Shown here in pieces: positions 28,520 to 36,275 of a DNA stretch of 64,000 nt. Under the pieces are notes generated by a model. The model was not told the DNA's origin. It saw nothing but the letters and a program-made list of their open reading frames with translations, and did no database searches. Location of the stretch: positions 1 through 64,000 of the IMG/VR virus record IMGVR_UViG_3300027365_000011, one strand, 5' to 3'. Position 1 is the stretch's first letter. Every line of letters begins with the position of its first letter. The stretch is from a virus. The position numbers and the translations under genes are program-made.

Positions 28520-28888
28520 ATGTACGACGAATTGGACCACTACCTGGCCATGGATACGGCCGGGATCAAGCAATACGCCGGAGGCGCGGGACTCAACAAC
28601 CGCATCCACGACTGGCTGGCCACCCCCGAGGGAACGGTGGCGGACGATCCGGGCTGGGGGCATCCGCTGCGCCCCCTGTGGCACGACCCGCAATCCCCAA
28701 CCCTGTCGCTGCAGATCGAAATGGCCATCGTGCGCAAGCTGCCCGCGGACGTGCGCGACGTGCGCATCCGTCGGATCGGCGTAGCGTTCACGGCCATCGA
28801 CCGCTGCGCGGTGGAGGTCGTTCACGACCTGGGCACCTACCAAGACGAGATCACGCTGGGAGAGGACGCATCCCGTGGCACTATCTGA
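28520..28888 (+). CDS. PmgA-like (gp25/W-like) baseplate wedge protein
   Basis: WLATPEGTVADDPGWG motif. Confidence 0.7.
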   Translation: MYDELDHYLAMDTAGIKQYAGGAGLNNRIHDWLATPEGTVADDPGWGHPLRPLWHDPQSPTLSLQIEMAIVRKLPADVRDVRIRRIGVAFTAIDRCAVEVVHDLGTYQDEITLGEDASRGTI

Positions 28889-30269
28889 AATGTTCATCGA
28901 TGAAGACCAGGCGCTGGCGGAGTTCAAGCGCATCCTGACCGGCCTCCCGGGGTACGCCCACCTGGAGAACAGCCAGATCATCGAGTCGATGTCGCTGTTC
29001 CAGTCGTGGGCGCTGCGCCATGCCAACTGGCGCGCCGAGCGCGTCTATCAGGAGGCGTTCCTGAGCACCGCGCTCAATCGCTCGAGCGTGCTCGCCCACG
29101 CCGAAGGCCGCCAGTATGTCCCGCGCAAGCCGACCCCCAGCCGCGGCACGGTGGCGCTGGCCAACAATGGCGACCAGCCGGTGGTGTTCCCGGCCGGGAC
29201 GCGCTGGATCGGCGCCAACCAGCTCCCCTACCAGAACGTCGATGACGTGGTGGTCCCGGCCGGGGGCGCAACCACGGCCGAGTTCCGGCAGACGGAGCCG
29301 CAGTCGTTCCGCTTCACTGTCGAGGAACGCACCCCCTTCTACGAGGTGGCCCTGGACCGTGGCGCGTCCCGGGAGGTCGCCGAGATTGGCGTCACGATCG
29401 ATGGCGAGCCCTGGGTCTATCGCTCGCGCCTGATGAACACCGGGCGCGATGACCACGCCTATGACGAGTTCTACACCACCCTGGACGAGATCGGGATTCG
29501 CTTCGGCAACGGTATCTTCGGCGCCATGCCGCCCGGCGGGGCGAGCATCGAGGTCGAGGCCAGCATGACCCGCGGGCAGACCGAGCTGCTGCCCGGGCAG
29601 GAGATGCGTTACCTGAGCGGCAGCCCCGATCGCAACGTCGGGATGGTGGAGGCGCGCACCCGGACGGCGATCACCGGCGGCCGCCCGCGCGAGGACATCG
29701 AGGAAATCCGGCGCAATGCGCTGTACTACCCGCTGTATGACGAGCAACTGACCTGGCGCGACGACTACCGCTTCACGATCCGCCGCCAGTGGCCCGAAGT
29801 GGTATGGGTCAGCGTGTGGGGAGAGCAGGAGCAGGAGCGCGTGCATGGCCCCAGCGTCGACCATATCGGCAAGATATACGTCAGCGCCTATGCCCCCGAC
29901 AGGCCCGATGTCCTGGACGAGATCGTGACTCGCCTGGAGGCGCCCATCAGCCGCGGCTATGTCGCGGTTCCCCCCAAGCTCAAGCCGTTCGCCATCCGGC
30001 TGCAGGGCACGATTGCCCGCGACATCCCCATGTCCAGCGCCGTCAGCGACGTGAAGCGCGTCCTACATGACGCTTACCACCGGGACAGCCCCAAGCGGCG
30101 CGAAACGATCAAGCTCAAGGACTTCTACCGGCTGGTCAGCAGCACCGGGCACTTCGAGATGGGCGACTTCACCGTGGAGCTGTTCGGCGACAAGGAGAGC
30201 AACGGGCTCAACGATCTGGTCTACCTGGACTTCACCCAGTCCGAGATCGATGTGGGGTATGACGGATGA
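28875..30269 (+). CDS. BplA-like baseplate wedge (J/gp6-like)
   Basis: EAFLSTALNRSSVLAHAE; IRFGNG..G; GG...EDIEEIRRNA. Confidence 0.85.
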   Translation: MALSEMFIDEDQALAEFKRILTGLPGYAHLENSQIIESMSLFQSWALRHANWRAERVYQEAFLSTALNRSSVLAHAEGRQYVPRKPTPSRGTVALANNGDQPVVFPAGTRWIGANQLPYQNVDDVVVPAGGATTAEFRQTEPQSFRFTVEERTPFYEVALDRGASREVAEIGVTIDGEPWVYRSRLMNTGRDDHAYDEFYTTLDEIGIRFGNGIFGAMPPGGASIEVEASMTRGQTELLPGQEMRYLSGSPDRNVGMVEARTRTAITGGRPREDIEEIRRNALYYPLYDEQLTWRDDYRFTIRRQWPEVVWVSVWGEQEQERVHGPSVDHIGKIYVSAYAPDRPDVLDEIVTRLEAPISRGYVAVPPKLKPFAIRLQGTIARDIPMSSAVSDVKRVLHDAYHRDSPKRRETIKLKDFYRLVSSTGHFEMGDFTVELFGDKESNGLNDLVYLDFTQSEIDVGYDG

Positions 30270-31405
30270 GCTGGCTACTGGAGAGGCTGACCCCCTACAA
30301 GCAGTCCCAGCCCCGCTGGGCGGATCTGGCGCGCGCCCTGGAGACCTACTGGGACACCTACAACGCCCCGGCCCTGGATCGCATCGAGGCCATGCGGTCG
30401 GTGTTTTCCGCTGACGAAGAAGACATCAGGGCGCTGCTGGACGAGGCCGGCATCAAGTTCGAGGTGGCCGTGCCGCTGGTCCGCGAGAACCGCGCGTTCG
30501 CCTATGCGTGGCGCGCCTACGAAGTGCATCGCAAGGATCGCCAGGCCACGCTCGAGCAGATACTGGCTCGCGACTACTCGGGGACGTTCGTGCGCTGGAT
30601 GCCGCTGTATGCCCCGCGCAACCTGCCCTACGGCGATATGTTCCTGGCGGAGCCAGAAGTGACCGCCATGGGGATGACCCGCGCCGATGTTCATGACACC
30701 TACCGCGGCAAGGTGGCGGCCAACCTGACCGGGCTGACCGCCAGCGGGATTCGCAAGGAGGCCTTTCGCTCCGCGGTACGCCGCAAGGTCGAGACCCTGC
30801 GCCCGGCGCATATCGTCTACGACGGCGAGATGTTCTTCCAGGTGTTCCGGGCAGAGATCGACCCGTTCCAGTCGGGCAGCACGACCCGCAAGAGCGCGTC
30901 GCACACTCACCTGATGCTGGCGCTGTCTCCCTACCGTTTCGATGACCTGGCCGCGGACGTGGCCATCCTGGATCACCAGCCCCTGGGCACGCTGCGCCAC
31001 AAGGACGGCCGCCGTCACCATGTCGAGGCCTGGCCGGCAGGCCAGCCCTGGAGCCTGGACGCCGGCAGCACGGTCGACGGCGATTATCTGCCACTCCCCG
31101 GTATCGAGGGGGATTCCCGGTCGCGCGTCGGCTCGCTGGGGAAAGGCGCGTCCCAGTCTTTCCTGACAGGAAAAATTACCCTTAAAGCTACTGCCGAGAC
31201 GGCTTTTTCGTTACCATTTGATACGCTGATTAACCACTCATTTACATTGGCTGCCAGTGCCAGCGCGGAAACCAATCGTGACACGGTGGCCCGGAGCGCC
31301 CCCGCCGCCACCCGGCGAGCAGCCATAAGCGGAGGCCCCCGGATGGATGACGTGCCCGCTGACTTCGCCCCACTGGACATGATCTACGAGGCTGCCCATG
31401 GCTGA
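30266..31405 (+). CDS. P1 gp16-like baseplate protein
   Basis: SWL.ERLTP.K; PAHIVYDG; RxDDxxAD..PLD-type motif present twice. Confidence 0.75.
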   Translation: MSWLLERLTPYKQSQPRWADLARALETYWDTYNAPALDRIEAMRSVFSADEEDIRALLDEAGIKFEVAVPLVRENRAFAYAWRAYEVHRKDRQATLEQILARDYSGTFVRWMPLYAPRNLPYGDMFLAEPEVTAMGMTRADVHDTYRGKVAANLTGLTASGIRKEAFRSAVRRKVETLRPAHIVYDGEMFFQVFRAEIDPFQSGSTTRKSASHTHLMLALSPYRFDDLAADVAILDHQPLGTLRHKDGRRHHVEAWPAGQPWSLDAGSTVDGDYLPLPGIEGDSRSRVGSLGKGASQSFLTGKITLKATAETAFSLPFDTLINHSFTLAASASAETNRDTVARSAPAATRRAAISGGPRMDDVPADFAPLDMIYEAAHG

Positions 31406-31847
31406 CGATTTGACCTGGAAAAGCGCCAAGCTACTGCCGCGCTTCTACGACAGCATTGCTCGCTCACTTATCGGCGCGGCGCCCTGCCGGCCCATCGTCA
31501 AGTTCAAGGCGGGGCATGGCTATGTGGACGAAAGCGTTGACCCGCCCGTGTTCCTCGAGGTGCCGGACGACCTGATCGACGTGCCCAACGTCTTCTATGA
31601 AGGCACCCCCGAGCTAGCGCACTCGGACGGTCGCATCCTGGCCCGCTGCCATATTCCCAAGGGCAGCGTGACCGACCCTCGCAAGTACAGCATGACGGGG
31701 CTGTACGACGACCAGGGCAGCCTGGTGGCTGTCTGCCTCGATCTTCCCGACTGGCTGGTGCCCAGCGACTGGCACACCACGTTCGCCTACATCGACTTCC
31801 CCAACGTGGGGGAAAACCCGCCCCAGGTACTTGAGGATGTCGTGTAA
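31398..31847 (+). CDS. P1 gpR-like tail-fibre attachment protein
   Basis: Position between 16 and S; GLYDDQGSLVAV. Confidence 0.65.
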   Translation: MADDLTWKSAKLLPRFYDSIARSLIGAAPCRPIVKFKAGHGYVDESVDPPVFLEVPDDLIDVPNVFYEGTPELAHSDGRILARCHIPKGSVTDPRKYSMTGLYDDQGSLVAVCLDLPDWLVPSDWHTTFAYIDFPNVGENPPQVLEDVV

Positions 31848-32371
31848 TGGCTATCCAGGCTGACATTTCCTGGCGAGAGCAGTATGTCTCGCACGCGCTC
31901 AACCGGAAGTTCACCGGCATCATCCCCATCGGGGTCTACCAGGGGTTCGCCTGCACGGTCGACGCTGCCGGCGCTGTCACCGTGGGCAACGACGGTGTGG
32001 CCGGCGTGGCCGTTGCCGAAGTGAACGGCTATTCGGTGACAGTCCGCATGGATGCCCCCGAAACCGTACAGACGGCCCCGGCTGCGCCCTATGTCGTGCT
32101 GGTGCCCTACTACGCCATCGGCGTTGCCACCCGCGTCGACCTGCAAGCCGTCGCCACTCCGGAAAGCCACCACCTGATTCTCACGAAAGCGGTCCAGGGC
32201 AGCGATGGCGCGTGGCAACTGGACGACAGCGAGCGCCAGGTTGCCACCTGGCGAACCGCCGACAGCGAGACGCTGGCGCAGATGGCCTCGGCCCAGGTAG
32301 AGACGATGGAGCGCCAGCTTGCCCTCCAGGAGCGCGTCTATGCGCTCGAACAAGCCAGTACGACAGGATAG
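31847..32371 (+). CDS. Short protein comprising only the N-terminal anchor of P1 tail fibre S
   Basis: ADISWREQYVSHALNRKFTGII..GVYQGF resembles the S N-terminus; only 174 aa. Confidence 0.7.
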   Translation: MAIQADISWREQYVSHALNRKFTGIIPIGVYQGFACTVDAAGAVTVGNDGVAGVAVAEVNGYSVTVRMDAPETVQTAPAAPYVVLVPYYAIGVATRVDLQAVATPESHHLILTKAVQGSDGAWQLDDSERQVATWRTADSETLAQMASAQVETMERQLALQERVYALEQASTTG

Positions 32372-32376
32372 TCACC

Positions 32377-32928
32377 ATGCGACAGAACTATGCGACATTC
32401 GACTTTGCCAACTTCGACGAGAAGGGCTTGTCGGGCGTCAAGGAGGCGTTCGAGCGCGCCGGCGTCACGGTCATCGACCTCGAGGCCAGCAACCGCTCCC
32501 GCCGCATGTCCGGCTTCGCCACCAAGTCCGCCACGTTCTATTTCGAGGATGGCCAGACCATCACCCTGCGCATCAAGGGCGACGGCGACGTGTTCCAGGT
32601 GAAGCTCAACAGCCGCGTCGTGCCGATCCGCAACGTCCACAGCATGAAAGAGGCCGTGGGCGAGATGGCCCGCTACCTGCAGGCCAATGCGCCGGCGTGG
32701 AAGAAGGCCCAGCGGCGCAAGCAGCAGCGCGCCAAGGTTGACGAAAAGGACATGAAGGCCAAGCCGCTGCCCCGCGCCAAGAAGATCGAGGCGCTGGAAG
32801 CCGATGTGGCCGAGCTGGATTCGTCGCTGTCCGACCTCGCCAGCGAGAAGGACGACCTTACCAAGCAGCTCGATGAGCGCCAGCAGACCATCCAGACCCT
32901 GGAGCAGCAGATCCAGGACGCCGCATAA
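32377..32928 (+). CDS. hdf: Hdf-like protein
   Basis: NYATFDF..FDEKGL...GD...VKLN; upstream of darA. Confidence 0.8.
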   Translation: MRQNYATFDFANFDEKGLSGVKEAFERAGVTVIDLEASNRSRRMSGFATKSATFYFEDGQTITLRIKGDGDVFQVKLNSRVVPIRNVHSMKEAVGEMARYLQANAPAWKKAQRRKQQRAKVDEKDMKAKPLPRAKKIEALEADVAELDSSLSDLASEKDDLTKQLDERQQTIQTLEQQIQDAA

Positions 32929-32938
32929 GGAGCCCCCA

Positions 32939-35428
32939 ATGACCCCGATCAACGATGGCATCGCCATCCGCGACGTGGTGCTGCCCGCCCAGGGCTTCAC
33001 CGATGCCCAGCTACGCTCGGCCTTCTACGACCTGACCGCCAGCCCCGAGCAAGCGGACCTGCTGCTCGAGGACTGTACCCCGGAAGATGCCGACGCCATT
33101 CTCAATCCCGGCCAGGATCTCGTCACCGAGGCCGTGTCGACGGTCAAGAACCGCATCGACCGCACCATGTCGGCCGTCGCGCGCGTGCTCAAGCGCTACG
33201 CCAGCGATGACGTGACGCCCTATGACATGCCCAGCATCGGCCCCGATCGCAAGAACAGCCTGTTCGCCTACAAGACGGTGACATTCACGTTCAGCGACGG
33301 GCAAACGGTCTCGATCCTGTTCCACTCCCCGGGCAGCGACCCGATGAAGCTGCGCGCCGACGACACCCTGATCGCCTATCGCTGGATGCTCAACAAGCGC
33401 GACATCACCGCCACGGTTTCCCCGGAAGGCGGCCGCGACATCGACATCAACACCATGGGCAAGCGGATCATGCAGTTGGTGTCGGCGAACAGCGAGAAGT
33501 TCAAGGCCAACAACGCCAAGCGCCAGGAACAGCAGGCGAAGCTGGACGACCTGCAGAGCCAGCAGGCCGAGAAAAGCCAGCGCGTCGATGCGCTGACCCA
33601 GGAGAACGCCGACCTGACGAAGCAGGTCGAGGCGGCCGACGCTCGCATCGAGAAGCTGCGCGACAAGCTCGCCGACCTGGGCGAAGGCAGCCGCGACGGT
33701 AGCGGTGCCGGGGCGGGTAGCGGGCGGGCCACGCGCGAGGCTGAACAGTCGGCCAACAGTCCTGAGCAGGTCGACACCGTGGACGGCTGGCAAGTCAGCA
33801 CCGGGCCGTTTGTCGACTTCACACTGACCGCGCAATCCGCGCTGGGCGTCGACTCCACGCTAGTCAACGTCACGTCGACCGACGGGACCGCCATCGGGAC
33901 CATCGACCGCTCGGACCTCGACGCCTTCATCCGCGGCGATGTCGCCGTTTTCACGCCGGTCGATAACTGGGAAGCGAAGTTCTCGCAGTCGCTGAAAGAA
34001 AAGATGGGGCTGGCCGAGCCGTCAGGCGGCGAACCCACCCCGCCGTCCGATCTCGCCGCGCTTGACCAGCGGCTGGCGCGCGACATCGCCGGCAGCATTG
34101 GCATGGTCATGCGGATTGACAACGGGGAGGAGCCGGGCATGAACCGCTCCGCGTTCACGTCCAGCATCGCCGGCAAGATCAAGACTCAGGCCCGGAACGG
34201 CAACACCGAAATCGTCGATGCCATCCTGCTGAAAGTCGCCAAGGCCTCGCTCGAGCATTCCAAGCCGGTGCTGGCCGCCCGCAACGCCGCCTGGAAGGCC
34301 AACGGCCACGACATGGATTACTACCTGGAGATGGCCAAGGGCCAGGCTGGCGGCGGCGAAGGCACCACATGGGGCGATGAGAAAACCAGTGGTAGCGAAT
34401 CCGGCGAGACAACGGACCCCAACATCGGTCGCGAATGGGGCTCTGAGTGGGGGCGTCAGCGCATTGTCGAGCGCGAACAGCACCCGACTGGCGATATGTA
34501 CCTGGTCGAGACCGTTGATGGCGAGAAGATTGGCCAGCAGCGGAAGTACCCCGTCGAAGGTATCGACGAGACGATTCGCCGCCAGGAATACAAGCTGACC
34601 GACGCCTATCAGGATGAGCAGCGCCAAGCCGAGGAAGATCGACGCCTCCGCGAAGAACGCGATCAGCGCCAGGCCGCCGAGCGTGACGCACAGAACGCGG
34701 AAATCCAGGCGTTTGCCGACTCTCGCGGCATGTCCACCCCCGGCGCAGCCAAGGCGCGCGATGCGCTCCTGGTCAAGATGAGATTCGACGGCTCTGTCAT
34801 GACTCGGAAGAAAGCCATTGAAGGCGTGGTGGCTGATGGCGGCACGATCACCGGCGAAGGCGCGGAGCGACGCCTGATGATGGGTGATGGCTCGTTCTAC
34901 GAGCAAAAGACCATCACCAAGACAGGTATGGACTATGCCGAATACCTGATTTCTCAGCGCACCACCGGCGAGGAAACCACCGTGACCGACACCGACCGCG
35001 GCTCATCGAAGGCGCGCCGAGAGGCTGCGAAAGAAACCATTGCGCCCTGGAGAAAAGCGATTGAGTCGGGCGTCTCCCCCTCTGCTGACGAAGCGGCGGC
35101 TTGGGCCGAGTTTCAGCGGGCCTACCCTATCGAAGCCGCCGGAGTGAAAAACGAGCTTTCCGAGGCCATCGGCTGGGAGAGGTTTGTAGAGCTTGCCGAA
35201 GGTGGCAAGGAAGGCGGCGAGAGCGGCACCGAAACCGACCGCATCCGGGGAGAACTGCAGTCGTTGATCGACAGCGAGACGGATACCGGCGTGTTCGACC
35301 AGCGCCTGGATGAACTGGCCGACGAGGCGGAGAAGGCTGACGCCATGGACGAGCTGGACGACGTTCTGAACGCCGCCGCTGACCGCCTGACCGAGCTGCT
35401 GAACCAGGAGGCCGCCAATGTCGCTTGA
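32939..35428 (+). CDS. darA: DarA-like defence-against-restriction protein, extended
   Basis: FSDGQTVSILFHSP...WMLNKRDITATVSP; C-terminal LNAAADRLTELL. Confidence 0.85.
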   Translation: MTPINDGIAIRDVVLPAQGFTDAQLRSAFYDLTASPEQADLLLEDCTPEDADAILNPGQDLVTEAVSTVKNRIDRTMSAVARVLKRYASDDVTPYDMPSIGPDRKNSLFAYKTVTFTFSDGQTVSILFHSPGSDPMKLRADDTLIAYRWMLNKRDITATVSPEGGRDIDINTMGKRIMQLVSANSEKFKANNAKRQEQQAKLDDLQSQQAEKSQRVDALTQENADLTKQVEAADARIEKLRDKLADLGEGSRDGSGAGAGSGRATREAEQSANSPEQVDTVDGWQVSTGPFVDFTLTAQSALGVDSTLVNVTSTDGTAIGTIDRSDLDAFIRGDVAVFTPVDNWEAKFSQSLKEKMGLAEPSGGEPTPPSDLAALDQRLARDIAGSIGMVMRIDNGEEPGMNRSAFTSSIAGKIKTQARNGNTEIVDAILLKVAKASLEHSKPVLAARNAAWKANGHDMDYYLEMAKGQAGGGEGTTWGDEKTSGSESGETTDPNIGREWGSEWGRQRIVEREQHPTGDMYLVETVDGEKIGQQRKYPVEGIDETIRRQEYKLTDAYQDEQRQAEEDRRLREERDQRQAAERDAQNAEIQAFADSRGMSTPGAAKARDALLVKMRFDGSVMTRKKAIEGVVADGGTITGEGAERRLMMGDGSFYEQKTITKTGMDYAEYLISQRTTGEETTVTDTDRGSSKARREAAKETIAPWRKAIESGVSPSADEAAAWAEFQRAYPIEAAGVKNELSEAIGWERFVELAEGGKEGGESGTETDRIRGELQSLIDSETDTGVFDQRLDELADEAEKADAMDELDDVLNAAADRLTELLNQEAANVA

Positions 35429-36275
35429 TTTCCGTGAAAAACGCCGCTTGCAGAAGGTCGTTGCCGAGAAGCAGGCCGCCCTCCGGGGCGGCGACCTGGG
35501 CTTCAAGGCCAAGCGGGAAGCGCAGAAGGCCATGCGCGACGCCCTGACCAAGCTGGGGGCCGGTGGCAAGGCGCCAGCACCCGCTGGCCCCTCCCCCATC
35601 GACCCGGCCAAGCTGAGCCCCGGCGATCCCGTCGAATGGCGCAACGAGATGGGCACAATCCGCGGCAACTACCGCGGCGTGACCGACGACGGCCGCCATG
35701 CGGTGATTGTCCATGACGGCGGCAAGCAGACCTCCGCCCCGGTCGGCGAGGTGTTCCCGGTGGAGGAGCGTGCCCCGGAGATTCCGCCCCGTGCGCGCAA
35801 GGCCTTTGATCGACTCGTACTTCCCCTGACCGGCGTGGCCGAGGGGCTGGAGAGCGCCCGCGCGACCGACCGCAAGTTCAACGGCGACGGCCGCTATGCC
35901 GGCGAGTTCATGGCCAAGGAAGAAACCCGGGGGCGCCTTGCGGATGCGGAGAAGGCTATCAGCGAGCGATTGGGACGGATCGAGGATCAGTCCATGCTGG
36001 AAGCGGCGCGCGCCTATATCGACGCCCAGCGCCCGGACCTGACGCTGACCCAGGCCGAGCAAGAATGGCGCGACAGCATCGCCAATGACGAGCCGGTGGC
36101 CGGCAATGTCACCCTCACCGCCCAGGCCGTGCGCGGTGACTTCAATGACCTGGCCCTGCCCGAGTTCATCAACAAGCTGAAAGAAGCCTACGGCGCGGAT
36201 GAAGACCTCGACGGCGCGAAGAATGCGGCCGTGGGCTACCTGGAAGCCAACCGGGACGAGCTGGAGGCCGCCTGA
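35418..36275 (+). CDS. DdrA-position internal head protein
   Basis: Coupled between darA and ddrB. Confidence 0.55.
   Translation: MSLDFREKRRLQKVVAEKQAALRGGDLGFKAKREAQKAMRDALTKLGAGGKAPAPAGPSPIDPAKLSPGDPVEWRNEMGTIRGNYRGVTDDGRHAVIVHDGGKQTSAPVGEVFPVEERAPEIPPRARKAFDRLVLPLTGVAEGLESARATDRKFNGDGRYAGEFMAKEETRGRLADAEKAISERLGRIEDQSMLEAARAYIDAQRPDLTLTQAEQEWRDSIANDEPVAGNVTLTAQAVRGDFNDLALPEFINKLKEAYGADEDLDGAKNAAVGYLEANRDELEAA

Noticed and set aside
23421-32950. Near-identical CATAAGGAGCCCCC(A)ATGACCCCG at about 23421 and 32924
   Set aside because: Explicable as shared stop-RBS-start context; only two copies.
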